Program-made: the position numbers and the translations under genes
The notes under the pieces: generated by a model
Told to the model about the DNA's origin: nothing
Seen by the model: only the letters and a program-made list of their open reading frames with translations
The model's database searches: none
Assembly: GCF_019059575.1 (NCBI RefSeq)
Contig: NW_024881729.1
Coordinates: 544,406-608,405 of the forward strand
DNA: 64,000 nt
Origin: Amphibalanus amphitrite
Taxonomy: Eukaryota
Reading direction: 5' to 3'
Shown: positions 1 to 11,677 of the stretch, piece after piece
Layout: each line of letters starts with the position of its first letter
Position numbering within the stretch: the first letter of the stretch is position 1

Positions 1-391
1 GGGTGGCGGCCGTGTGTTGGCAGAGCCACCAAGCGGGCCACGGTAGTCGGGTCGGTATAAGACTGTCCATGGCCGCGTATTCAGGCCGGTATGAGACGGT
101 TTACATAAGAGGATAGTATGACCGCGGTGGGTCGACTCCCGCCGCGGCAGAGACGACCCCCGCGCCAGCCATTCTCGCGCCACCCGACCCTATCTCCAGT
201 GACGGCTACTGTGTCGTGGCGACCAAACCACCTGCCGCCACTGATAAGTGGTCGGGCTGATGGTGGAGTCGAATCTAGGGCTACCGAGGGGGGGGGGGGG
301 AGGGGGGCTGCTCGAGAGGCACCCTTCAAACACTGGATGACCTGAAAAGCGGAAAATTCCATATGAAGATCCGCGGGGAACGTATGAAGGC

Positions 392-829
392 CAGGGATGC
401 GGAGCCGTGGAAATTTCAGACGGCTCCGGCTCCGGCTCCGGAGAAAAAATCGGCTCCGGCTCCGGCTTCGGATGAAATGTCATGGCAGTTCCGGCTCCGG
501 CTCCGAGTAAAATGGTCCGGCTCCGGCTTCGGCTCCAGTACCTACTCAGTACATCCTTTATACAATTAAATACGGGTGGAAGAAAAAGGATGAAGAGATT
601 GGTTCACGTTGCTTCTGTATTTGCATAACAAGGCTATTTTGAATACCTACCACATGTTTTACTGCCTTGTACTGTCAAACCGAACTAGGTCAATAATTTT
701 TTCCTCTTCAAAAAAAGGAGCCGCGGAGACGCCGCCTTGTTGACGGCTCCGGCTCCGGGCTATATTGTTTCACGGCTCCGGCTCCGGGGAAAATATGCCG
801 GCTCCGGCGGCTCCGGCTCCGCACCCCTG
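392..829. mobile_element. MITE-like element with 16-bp TIR CAGGG(A/G)TGCGGAGCCG and internal (GGCTCC)n hexamer arrays
   Basis: Starts CAGGGATGCGGAGCCG and ends ..CGGCTCCGCACCCCTG. The left half is copied in inverted orientation at 18540-18739 (the shared ..GAGTAAAATGGTC..TACTCAGTACA.CC..TATACAA tail). Confidence 0.5.
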
Positions 830-1284
830 ATGAAGGCAGGAGAACAAAGGCAGCAGTGCGAGAGTCGGCATCCGTTCCTGCGACTAGCTGATTGGCCTGT
901 GGTCAGGTTTTGAGGTGCGGGAATCTTGAGGAACGGGAGCCCTACTACTACGGGGAGCATAACCATAACACAACATTTGGTTACTTAATCATTGACGATC
1001 TTTAGGGCCGATGGCATGGCTTGCGATTGGTAGGTAAATAACATCCACGAAATTACGAGCAATGGACTAATATCTCCTTCACCAGACGGGCTTCGTGAGT
1101 CGTCTGATGTCGCGCAAAATCTCCATTTTGCCTGACCAGTTCAAATTGTCTAACATGACTCATTCAACACGAAAAACACTAGGTTAAGTCAAGCCCCAGA
1201 CAGCAGCTCGCGCTATTTAGCTCATCGATGAATGACCAGATTAATTGCGGATTAGAAATCCATTGAGTCATCGCAAGTCTCTTC

Positions 1285-2497
1285 AATATCCTTCCAGGCG
1301 GTGGGGGTGGGGGGGGGGGGCATTTTTTGCCCCCCCCCTTTAGTTTTTTCGATATATCTCGAGAACCGCTGCGCCGATCGTCACCAAACTTTCAGTACCC
1401 TCCCGGGAGCAGCTAGCGCACATGGTGACCAAATTTTTTTTCCAAAGGCTATGATAGGTTGGCCGCTAATGACGTCAGAGTGACGTCATTTTTGCCATTT
1501 TCGACCCAAAGAAAGGTTTCGCGGGAAGAGCTGTCAGGCCTACAGCTTTAGAGATACCGAAAAATGTTTCAGACATAAAAGGCGTGGAATTAAAAGGGCT
1601 ACAAACTGCTATTTCGGTTTTTAGAATTTTTTGGATTTTGACCCCCAAAAATCAAAAAATAGATTTTTTGAATATAATAGCCAAAAAAATCCAAAAAGTT
1701 TTTTGAATTTCGAAAAAACCGGAATATATGTGATAGCCCCTACCGCCTTCTATCAACATACCAAATTTGAGATCGATACCTCTTTTTTGGCCAAGTTATA
1801 GCGAAAAAACTGTTCAAAATTGATGACGTCAAATTTTCAAACTCAATTTTTAGCAATTCTAGACCTCGTAGAGCAAAACAAAGACCACCATTAGACTCCC
1901 CGTGACGAGCTGCATCGAATCGATACCCATTTTAGGCAAAAATATCAACTTTGAAATTTGACCTTTTTTTGACCTGACCTTGACCTGACCTCCACCAGAA
2001 AGTGACCTAAACCGTACCTGATGGTCTTATAACCAACACCATTGAGTTGGAAATGAAAAAGTGGCCATAAAACATGCATCGCATAACCTTAGTAAAGTTG
2101 GGCTCATGTGGTGACCCTTGGTGACCTTTGGTGACCTGACCTGTGACCTGACCTGGTATGACCAGTGACCTCTAATAGCAACATATTTACTAGAAAACTG
2201 ACGCCTTATCGCTGATTTTCGACAAAATGCGTTTTACTCGGTGTTATAGCGCTTTCCCTAGAAGCCCCGTGAACGGTGAAACATTTTATCTTTGACCTGA
2301 CCTGTGACGTCATCGGTGACCCCGAGGTCAATGAAATTTGGTTTTTTTGACAAATTTGACAGGGCTATCGAACGCCGTTTGAATTTTCCGGATCCGTCCA
2401 GTAGTTTCGGAGATACGGGGGGGGGGGGGCAAAAAAATGCCCCCTCCCCCCCACCGCGCGGAAGGTGGCTGGTAGGCCCACCGCCTGCCGGGATATT
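1285..2497. mobile_element. About 1.2-kb TIR element. Termini are CAATATCC(T/C)..GGCGGTGGGGG followed by a G12-CATTTTTTG-C8 hairpin at each end. Internally it has (GACCTGACC)n tracts and TGACGTCA palindromes, and no ORF
   Basis: The left end 1284-1340 matches the reverse complement of the right end 2415-2498. The right arm carries an internal duplication. No clear target-site duplication. Confidence 0.45.
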
Positions 2498-2752
2498 GTC
2501 CTGATGACTAAGCATTGTGAGATCAGGCATGTCCCAGCGAAGAAGTTCATTCAACCTGAATTATCATGATTTTCTGAAGTTGAGTTAAGGGTTGATTTCT
2601 ATTGCACGCTGCATGCATCACAACGTCTTGTGTGTCTGTACTTGTAGGTCCGTCTCATTTTGCTTTCTGTTGCAAAAAATCGTCTGACCACTGCTTTCTG
2701 TTTGGCTGACCCTAGCGGCCTGTCTGCCCGCAGGAAAAAGACCCGTCCCGGT

Positions 2753-3342
2753 ATGAAGGTGACCGGCACCCCTCCGCGGAAGGTGGGACGTCCTCCCAGC
2801 GACTCCGGCTCCAGGCACGCGGCGCGCACGGCCTCGCCACGACCACGACCGACCAGCCCGGCGGCCAAGGCGGCCCGCGTCGCCTCCCCACAGCCGGCAC
2901 CGCCGCCTCCGGCCGCTGCCCGTACCCTACCGAGCAGCCCTGACCGGCCGGCGGCCCCGGCGGCCGCTGCCGCACCGCCGGCGCCACCGCCAGCCGCCCC
3001 CGCCAAACGGGGAGCCTCTCCGAGCAAAACACCCGCCACCGCCGGCCAGTCGGACTCAGGCAAGGCGCCGGCAGCCTCGGCGGCCAACGGGGCGTCACCC
3101 ACTGCGACAGGCACAACCCCCACGCCAGCCGCGGCGTCGGCGGAGGCCAAACCGCCTTCCGACGAGAAACCGGTGATGGTGGCCGGTCCTCCGCCTCTCG
3201 ACCAGCTCTGGAAGTCGTTCACCCCATCCATGTCCGTGGAAATGATGGCGCTGCTGTTACAGGAGCAGATTCGAGAAATGCGCTCACACCTGGCACGGAA
3301 AATGGCCGATACCGGAGGCCAGAGCAGTCCGGAGATCGTCAG
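2753..3342 (+). CDS. Pro/Ala/Ser-rich low-complexity protein, exon 1 (ATG at 2753; ends AG|GTGGGT, phase 2)
   Basis: ATG opens a reading frame that continues in frame through the 230-aa track ORF. The GTGGGT donor at 3343 joins in frame to the acceptor at 3551. Confidence 0.6.
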
Positions 3343-3551
3343 GTGGGTCTAGATTGTAGAGAGTGAGCGAGGGAGGGCGTGGGTACCGGAGGACAGAGCA
3401 GTACTGAGGTCGTCAGGTAGTTAGAGGGAAGGGAAAGAAGAGAACGAGAGGGAAACACTACACGTCGCGAATGTTAATGATATCGCACATCGGCATGTTT
3501 TGCCTGATGATTCTTCATTAGTTGACATAATCCGTGTTTGTCTGTTTACAG

Positions 3552-6500
3552 GTATAAGGCGGAGTTGAAACGGCTCCAGACTGCCTTTGATGACGCCACC
3601 AACTTACAACGAAAGACAATGAAGAAGAAGCGCAGCCCAAAGCCGGAGTCTGATAACTCAAAGCCTTCGGGGCCCGGCCGCAAACCAGGCGAGAAGCGAC
3701 CAAAGCACTCGCATCCTCCAAGCGGCGGCTCAGAGCGGAGCTCTGCGCCTCCAGCCGCCCATCAGACCGCTCATCAGACGACCCGGCCTACCAGCCCGAA
3801 ACACCGGCTTCAGAACGGTGGGACCCCGCCGGCGGCTGCGGCGGCGACCTCTACGCCCGCTGCCACTCCTCTCGCCGCGCCGGCCAGGGACCCTGCTGCA
3901 GCCAGTCCTGCCGTCACCTCTGCCTCGAGCGCCGTGCCCTCTGCGCCGGCGACCGCGGCGCCACCTCCTGCTGCAGCCGTACCTCCGGTGGAAACTCCGG
4001 CGGTGACGTCAGGGTTTCAGCTGGAGCTGGAGAAACTGCGGCAGGGGATGAGCAGTTCGGCTCAGCGTTCTCATGAGCAGCGGCAGCAGGAGGCGGCTGC
4101 CGCTGCTAATGCCTCCGCCGCCGCTGCCGCTGCTAACGCCTCCTCTGCCGCTTCCGCCGCTACTCCCGCTGATCGGTCGCCACCGCGCCGCGCCAGTCTC
4201 AGTGGCGCTGGCGGACCGCCGCTGCTGCCGTCTCCAGAGCAGCTGCGGGCTGCCGAGCCTCGCGCGCCGGCCGCGCCGCAGCAGCCGGCAGCCGACCGTC
4301 ACCACAGCCCCAAGAAGATCCATCTGTACGGCAGGTCTCAGAGCCAGCCGACGGCTGCGGCCGGGGTCGAGCCGGCGGACGACGAGGCTGCGACAGCAGC
4401 CGCTGCTGCCACCGCTGCAGCGGAGGCAGAGAAGAAGAAACGCTTCCGGGAGATCAACGAAGCCGAGATGAACGACGCGGTGGCTTCCATCATGGGTGGC
4501 AGCGACGCAGACTTCTCGCTGTGTGTGAGCCCCGAGCCGACGGTGAGCCGGCGACGCACCAGCTCAGAGTCCGGCACTCCGACCACGGCTGCGGCCGACC
4601 TGTCTGTGCGCCGGCCGAGCACGGACAGCCTTACGGAGCGGCTGGCTGCGCTGGACGGCGCGGGGGACGGCCGTGTGTCAGCACCCTGGGAGGAGGAGGT
4701 GATAGGGGGACGGACTGTCGGGGGCGACCGCGGCGGCTCGGTGATCAGCAGAGGCGGCGGGGAGGACAGTGGTGTCAGGGACGAGGCGCCCGAGCGGGCA
4801 CGGACAGCCAGTGCGGACAGTGTGGGCGCGGCCGCGATGGATGCAATCCTCAGCGGTCGGCAGGCGAGCACGGACAGTATCACAAACAGTTTCTTCTCGC
4901 CGCTGACGGACGGGGAGCGGCGCCCCAGTGGTGAGTGCTGGTCGGAGCCGGCCGAGACCGCCAGAGCCGGCCGGCGCTCCAGTCTGACGGACGGACGGGG
5001 CGGCGGAGACTCCCGCCGGCCGCCACCGGCGCCAGAGCCGCCCGCCGAGCCGCCGCCCCCGCCCCCGCCCCCGCCTCAGCCGCCGCCCGAGCCGCCCGCC
5101 GACCAGGGTCTGGACCTGTCCGGCGGCGGCGGCCAGCTAAACGAGGAGCTCGACTGTGTGATCAAGGACCTGATGAGCTTCAACCAGCTGAAGGAGGCGG
5201 CCTCTCCGCCGGCACGCAGCAGCATCCTTCAGCTGGCGGCGCGCCAGGCGGACATTTTCTCACCGGAGGGTACGTCAGCAGGCTCGCCGTTCAGTGCCAA
5301 CCATTCGTCACCGTTCTCGCCGGAGATGCAACCAGTGTCACCGGCGCGATCTGTGGCCACCAATCTGCAGAGTGGGTTCGCGCCGTCCCGCTCGGCGGTT
5401 CTGGCGGCGTTTGAGGGCGGCTCGGCGCCACAGCAGCCGACCCGTCAGCAGCCGCAGCAGCAGCAGCCGGCTGTGTCCCGCTCAGCCTTCAGTCCGGACC
5501 CGTACGGCGGCGGACACCGGCCGGGTGGTGGTGGCGCCCGCGCAGAGCCGGCGCCCCGCTCTAGGATCGAGCAGGCTGAGGGTCTGATGGCGCACTTTGC
5601 GCCGCGCGCGGACCCGGCGCCGCCGCCGCCCCCCAACCCGCCATCACCGGCTTCGCCACACCACCGCCAGCCGGTGTTCGCGCAGCACGGCGTGGGCCGC
5701 GCGGACCCCCAGCTGACGGGTGGGTTCGGCTCGAGACATGAGCAGGCGGTCAGCCAACAAAGCGGGCGGCGGGACTCCACATTCAGCCAGCCCAGCCCCA
5801 GGCAAGAACCGCATTTCAACCAGCCCAGTCCGAGGCAAGAACCTCATTTCAGCCAGCCGAGCCCGCGACAAGAACCGCATTTCAGTCAGCCGAGCCCACG
5901 GCAGGAGACACACTTCAGCCAGCCCAGTGCACGGCAGGAGTCGCATTTTAGCCAGCCCAGTGCTCGCCAAGAGACGCACTTCAGCCATCGTAGTCCGCGG
6001 CAAGAGCCGCAGCTCATTCAGAGGAGTCCGCGGCAAGAACCTCATGCGGGTCATCCGAGTCCACGGCAGGAGTCCTACATGAACCAGCCCAGTCCCCGCC
6101 AGGATCCCCACTTGAATCACCCGAGTCCCCGGCAAGATCATCATTTGAACCATCCCAGTCCCCGTCAGGATTCCCATATGAATCATCCTAGTCCCCGCCA
6201 GGACCATCATTTGAATCATCCTAGTCCTCGCCAAGATCATCATTTGAATCACCCCAGCCCTCGGCAGGATTCCCATTTGAATCACTCCAGTCCTCGGCAG
6301 GAGTCCCACCTTTCTCACCAGGGACTCCGCCAGGATCCCCATCTCACCCACCAGAGCTCCCGTCAGGACTCCCACCTGCTCTCTCACCAGAGTCCCCGTC
6401 AGGAGAGTCGCCTTTCCCGCTCGGACTCCCAGCTCTCACATGGCTCTCCACGGCAGGAGCCGCCACTGGGACTCAGCTCTCGGCGGGACTCCTTCGGTCA

Positions 6501-7033
6501 GTCGACTCTCCGCCCAGAGTCGCTCCCGAGTCAGTCCGGCGGCCGGCGTGACTCCCTGAGTCAGCCCACCTCCAGACATGAACCGGGCCTCGGTCATCTG
6601 TCGCGCGACCTCGGCTCGGCGTCGTCACGTCACGATCTACTCGGTCACGCCGTGTCGCGTCACGATTCGGCCGCCTCCCGGACCGACCCCCTGGCCCAGC
6701 TGAGTCAGGCGGCTGGCCGCGCGCAGCCTCACTACCCTGGTGTGTCGGCTGGGTCGGCGGGCCGCCGCAGCTCGCTGCCTCGTCAGGACTCGGCCCCAAC
6801 CGGCGGTCAGTCGGGACTGTATGCGGCCGGGGAGCCGGCGAGAGATGTGCTCAGTGCAGCGCTGAGTGCGGCGCTCGGCGGCCGGCCGGCTGCTCCGGCA
6901 GCGGCGCGGCCGGCACCGCAGCAGCCGCAGCAGCGACGGATCGTGGACAGCTCCCCGTCCCCAGCCGCGCCAGAGAGGAGTAGTGCGGCAGCGAGTGCTG
7001 CTCAGCGGATGCCTTCGTACTACACTGCGGACG
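3552..7033 (+). CDS. Pro/Ala/Ser-rich protein, giant exon 2 (about 1160 codons)
   Basis: TTTACAG acceptor at 3551. The 1180-aa frame is uninterrupted and ends at the GAC G|GTGAGT donor at 7034. It contains poly-Pro/Ala tracts and an 11-aa repeat array. Confidence 0.65.
5784..6440 (+). repeat. About 20 tandem in-frame 33-nt (11-aa) repeats, PSPRQ(E/D)xH(F/L)(S/N)Q, within exon 2
   Basis: Directly visible periodic translation: SQPSPRQEPHF, NQPSPRQEPHF ... NHPSPRQDHHL. Confidence 0.9.
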
Positions 7034-7341
7034 GTGAGTTGGCCCGCTGGAGTGTCAGACGAGGGAGGGCAATGACATAAACACGTCAACACATTGCTTC
7101 GGTCACGGTCATGAGACATGTGGCAGGCGCATATCTCCCGCTCCATGCTTTGGAGATAGGTTGTTATTTCAATGCGACGAGCCTTGCTACATGACATTTT
7201 TGAACCAATATGCTGCACTTAAGACGCTTTTTGTCTATGGTTCTCACTGATCGGCTTTCTTACTCCGTATACGCTCGACGATAGCGGCCAATCTAACGTC
7301 CTCCGTCTTCCCACCTGACGTTACCCGTCTCTCCTCCGCAG

Positions 7342-7542
7342 TGTCCCCTCGGCGTCCGTCGGCGTCGGACGCGCTGCTGGCCGGCCGGCCGGGCGGCGTC
7401 CCCTCCTCGGCAGCGGCGGCAGCGGCGCTGCTCTCCCAGCAGCGCGACTATGCAGCGGCCGGTCTGCTGCCACAGTTCCAGACGGCGGTCACCTCGCAGC
7501 CGCAGCAGTTCCGAGGGACGGCCGCACTGCCAGATCTGGTCA
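7342..7542 (+). CDS. Pro/Ala/Ser-rich protein, exon 3 (donor choice uncertain: 7538 or 7542)
   Basis: CTCCGCAG acceptor. The frame continues from phase 1 of exon 2. A phase-1 donor (A|GTGGGG) is required for the frame of exon 4. Confidence 0.45.
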
Positions 7543-7809
7543 GTGGGGGATGGGCTGGGAGGGAAGTCGGATTGACTTAGACGAAAGTGTTTCCGTTGTG
7601 TCAAAGGCACAGGCCGTAGGACTTACGGTGTTTCTGATTGGGACTTGTCGACCAATATGGTCGGACTTAACTGCCGTATTAAGAATGTTTTCATTTGCCT
7701 GATCTGCTTCAAGGCCAGTTAGCAGGTTGCCAGCTGGTGTCAGTGGATCTCCTGTGCATGTGGCTCATGTCAGTCTCGCCACCCTCCTTTGGGCTTACCA
7801 CCACTGCAG

Positions 7810-7926
7810 GTTACCTATCTGACCGTCTGCGTCTTGCCTTCCAGTCTCGCCAGCCGTCGGGCCTGTACCACCAGCAGTTCCTGGACCAATTGGGAGAGTA
7901 CGGCGCCCAGCACCTCAGTCAGGCCG
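7810..7926 (+). CDS. Pro/Ala/Ser-rich protein, exon 4
   Basis: CACTGCAG acceptor and G|GTACGT donor. Translates as YLSDRLRLAFQSRQPSGLYHQQFLDQLGEYGAQHLSQA. Confidence 0.5.
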
Positions 7927-8115
7927 GTACGTGGCGAGAGATGAACGGTTAGCTGCTGGCACACGCTTCAAACTCAGTCTGCACTCTGCACCCTATCCTG
8001 TTAAATGCTGTAACTGACACGACTGTTGCCCGACTCTCATGCTAGACTGTGATGGCTGTTATTACCGCGACCAGGGCGACAGCTTCGTTTGACAGTGACC
8101 TGTCGCCTGTTCCAG

Positions 8116-8186
8116 ACCAGTTGCGTCGGCGGCAGCGGTTGCAGCAGGAGCAGCAGCAGCAGCAGCGGCAGCAGTACCCGTTCTGA
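8116..8186 (+). CDS. Pro/Ala/Ser-rich protein, terminal exon (DQLRRRQRLQQEQQQQQRQQYPF*), containing a (CAG)n tract
   Basis: TTCCAG acceptor. The frame ends at TGA 8184-8186. AATAAA is at 8645-8650. Confidence 0.5.
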
Positions 8187-8537
8187 CGCTCCCCACGGAG
8201 CCTCCTGCCTGTACAGTATGTCCGTGTTTGTGTGTGTGAGCTGACCAGACAGTTTTTGAGAATGTGTGTAGCCGGCCGCGTCGGCCGCAGCCCAGTGCCA
8301 GCCGCGGCGGGAAGGGAGGGCCCGGCACGCCCACCCGCCGTCCGCCATCCCTGCGTCATCTATACAACTGTTTATACATGATGCAATACATGTTATTTTG
8401 TTGCAAAACAAATACCGACTCTGGATTGGATGGATCTAGAGTGGGTAATTCATCGACCTAAGGTTTGTGGATTACGGAATAGGCGGCCCTCAAGCCGCTG
8501 GAGTTAGAACTAAAACTATCAGTTCATCACACACAGC

Positions 8538-8543
8538 ATTTAT
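8538..8543 (-). terminator. Candidate poly(A) signal AATAAA for RAD54-like, about 0.7 kb downstream of the stop
   Basis: TTTATT on the plus strand; it is the only canonical hexamer in the 3' flank that I could see. Confidence 0.25.
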
Positions 8544-9226
8544 TAAATATCACATGAGATTTGCGCCGCTTCACAGTCTTGATGACAGGTTTACACATAT
8601 CGTCACTACATATCTAGACAAATACTTGCTTCTGAGTGGTCCAAATAAATGGCGTGACACAGACGGTATGCACAGAACAAAAACAATGACCTGTTGAACC
8701 GACCAACAGACGGCAGTGTCGCGGTTCACTTAGCGGCGACACCTGCTTCGACGATTCGATACGCTTAGCGTCGCACGATGGACTCGATTACTTCTCGGCG
8801 TCATGGACCGAGGATACTCGAACTAGGCGATGGGCATGTTTCATTCAGACATGAGACACGTTGCGCAGTTACAAAAAAAAAAAAATCACTCACCATTTAC
8901 ACTAGACTACTCATACGGTAATGACTGACGATCACCCACAGACACAAGCATTCTGACCCTCCCATCCCCCACACATCACACAAGACGTCCCTGAAGTGCA
9001 ACAGTTATTTAGAGATATCAAGTATCCACGACCTCAGACGAGCTCATGCTCGGTAAACTCATCATAATTACTACGAAGTCTCACAATGCGTCTGTTTTCA
9101 GGTTTGTCCGTCTCCACAGCCAAAGCTACCTCATCAAGCCTCCGAAACATACATGAGCCATGGTCCCCTCCTTTTCCAACATCCCCAGTCCCCACCTCCC
9201 CCTGCGAACCCTCCCCGCGTCCCCCC

Positions 9227-9431
9227 TCAGGGCGTCACCAGCTGGTCGTGGCTGCGCTGGTGGAACACGAACAGTACCCCGGCGTCCCAGGCGGCCCTCA
9301 GCAGCGGGTCAGGCACGCGCCGGCGGCCGGCGGCGGCCGCGTGGTGCCACTGCGACAGGTCGCCGTTACAGGTGGCGTCGTCGGGCGGGGGTCGGAACTG
9401 GGTGCCGTTCACGCAACGGGTGCACTTCAGC
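9227..9431 (-). CDS. RAD54L: RAD54-like, terminal exon (LKCTRCVNGTQFRPPPDD..AAWDAGVLFVFHQRSHDQLVTP*)
   Basis: C-terminal Cys-containing tail conserved with RAD54. GTTGCAG acceptor; TGA at 9227-9229. All 13 exons sum to 2271 nt (756 aa) with consistent phases. Confidence 0.8.
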
Positions 9432-9898
9432 CTGCAACGGGACGGGGACGGTCAGTCGGCCGTGAAGCGATGATTTGTGCATGGCTAGAGGAAGCAGAGT
9501 AGCGGCAAATATAGATAAGACTGCTGATACTATACTCTGTTCCGTTTCAAGCTTGCAGCCGAAGTGTCCTGCTGAAAGCAGTGCGTGAATTCCGTATATA
9601 ACTACAGCTCTTACATTTCAAGACGAAATTCTTGAGCGGAGGAGCGATCTGCCGAAGAAACTCCGACCGCAAGCTTGAGTTGGAACAGACTATAGGCCCA
9701 CAACTGGAATGCAGCCATCACAGCTGAAATATTCACCGATGACTTACGGCAAAGCCTGAAACATGATTTCATGACAGCCGGACCTTCGATTTGTGAAAGT
9801 CTCACGAACGCTGTAATCCCAGCCTGGATAGCCCACGGCCGTCCGTGACCTATGCCATGTGCATCAGGAGTCCGGACCGACCGTCACCTCTCGCTCAC

Positions 9899-10059
9899 CT
9901 GTCGTGCGTATCACAGATGGTGTCCTCGCGTTTGAAGAGCTCCTTCAGCTCCGCCACGCTGAACAGTCTCTGTACGTCTTCCTCGTTATCAACGACACAC
10001 GAGCTGAGCGCCTTCTTGTGCGTCTGACGCTGGAACATCTTCTCCTCGATGGTGCCCGC
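9899..10059 (-). CDS. RAD54L: RAD54-like, exon 12 ([30 protein letters not shown])
   Basis: TGTCAG acceptor; AG|GTGAGC donor, phase 2. Confidence 0.8.
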
Positions 10060-10326
10060 CTGACAGCAGTAACGATTGAGGTCCGTCAGATCGAGAAAGT
10101 CATGTTGAGGTTGGGGAAAATGCTACAGGGGCTGCATGTCGAACCACTTTACCATGATGCCGCATACGACAATGACTATGAGTATTGATTTACGCCGTCC
10201 CAGGTGGATCAGTTTATGTACTACCGAAGCAAATACGCCTGGACTTAATTAAACATCGGCGCTCGACATGCAACACAGGAAAATGCAGCCTGTTATGGAC
10301 ACATTGAACGTCGGCTCTATGCTCAC

Positions 10327-10533
10327 CGCCAGCAGTCTGTAGACGAAGCAGGGCTTCTTCTGTCCGTCTCTCCAGACGCGCGCCATGGCCTGGTCGTCGT
10401 TGGCCGGGTTCCAGTCGGGGTCGAACATCACCAGGCGGTTGGCGCCGATCAGGTTCAGCCCACAGCCGCCCGCCTTGCTGCTCAGCATGAAGATAAACTC
10501 GGGAGACGAGGGGTCGTTAAACCGGTCCACTAT
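10327..10533 (-). CDS. RAD54L: RAD54-like, exon 11 ([46 protein letters not shown])
   Basis: SNF2 motifs V and VI, near-identical to RAD54. TTTCCAG acceptor; GCG|GTGAGC donor. Confidence 0.9.
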
Positions 10534-10785
10534 CTGGAAACGGGCAGAGCGGGATTGGCGGTCGTGGGGAGGAAGCCGGAAAATTGGTAAAATATATTAT
10601 CGAACTAACCAAGAGAGTGCAAAGATCAATGATAATTATTGGACCTTAGGGCGTTTCGCCAGTTGCCCTATGCTCCAACACCGACAGTAGCGTCAAAACC
10701 CAGTCATATAGCTTGTGTGGCGATACCACCAACACAAACGACCTCAAACAAATATGTATCTAACCCTTGTGGGGCGATCGCCCAC

Positions 10786-10984
10786 CTTGGCGCGTTTTTT
10801 GATGGTCATGCTGCCGTCGAGCCGGACGAAGCAGTAGCTGCGCATCTGGCAGAGGGTCTCGAACAGGTCGAGTGTCTGCGTGTAGTTGGAGACGAGCACC
10901 ACCTTGTCGCTGGTCTGCGTCTTCACCAGGGCCAGCAGGTAGTCCAGCACCGACACCTTGCCGGAGAGCTCCGGACGGACGCGT
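10786..10984 (-). CDS. RAD54L: RAD54-like, exon 10 ([44 protein letters not shown])
   Basis: Helicase C-terminal domain, motif IV region. CACTAG acceptor; AAG|GTGGGC donor. Confidence 0.85.
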
Positions 10985-11526
10985 CTAGTGGACACAGGGA
11001 GGGGGTATTAGACACATCAGAAGACACAGACACCCTGCCGGACAACTCCGGACGGACTCGCCTGGAGGACAGGGGCGGGTAGATATTAGAGGACAAAGAC
11101 ACCCTGCCGGACAGGTCCGGACGGACTCTCCTGGAGGACAGGGGCGGGTAGATATTGACACAGACACCCAGCTGCCGGACAGCTCCGGACGGACTCGTCT
11201 GGCGGACAGGCGGGTGCGGACTGCGGAATTTCAGATACGAGTGGACGCGGACACGCCTGGTGGACACAGGAGGGGAGAATGATATACTGTGGTGGTGTTT
11301 GCAGGTTAGTCATTCAGTTGCTTCACGGGATGCCCCTACTTTGTAACCTATACGGACCTTGCTAGTTTCCGACAGCCTCTAATATCGCGAGTCCGTCTGG
11401 GCAGGACTGTCATCCCTGACAAACTCACGGAGTATCTGTCTGAGTTCGTCTTGACTCTCTAACTCACTCTGTCGAGTGTCCGTCTGACTGTCTGAGTTAG
11501 CTCTGCCTCCCGAGTCCCCGACTCAC

Positions 11527-11677
11527 TTTGTCGAGTGTCCGTCTGGATAGAGCTGCAGCAGATGGCGCAGCTCACTGCCCGGCTCAGTGACCTTCTCGTA
11601 GATCAGGTCCGGGTGGTTGCACAGCTTCTTCAGACTGGTGATGGCGGACAGCGCCGACTGAGTCGATTTGCCGTGAC
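11527..11677 (-). CDS. RAD54L: RAD54-like, exon 9 (SALSAITSLKKLCNHPDLIYEK..)
   Basis: Conserved SITSLKKLCNHP block. CGCCAG acceptor; AA|GTGAGT donor. Confidence 0.8.

Noticed and set aside
1-360. GC-rich 5' end of the window with G14/G6 tracts and a segment (190-290) faintly resembling tRNA A/B boxes; possible SINE or tRNA-derived element
   Set aside because: I could not fold a convincing cloverleaf or find a poly(A) or target-site duplication. A genome-wide repeat search would settle it.
2599-3231. 210-aa and 134-aa minus-strand ORFs antisense to exon 1 of the Pro/Ala/Ser-rich gene, and similar antisense ORFs at 4009-4883 and 5445-6387
   Set aside because: GC-rich, stop-poor antisense frames of a low-complexity coding exon, with no independent splice or start signals. 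The sense frame carries the long conserved repeat structure.
8037-9502. Several 100-140-aa ORFs (8037..8411 -, 9086..9502 +, 9153..9473 +)
   Set aside because: They overlap the (CAG)n terminal exon or lie antisense to the RAD54-like terminal exon. They are Pro/Arg-rich translation artefacts of GC-rich sequence.
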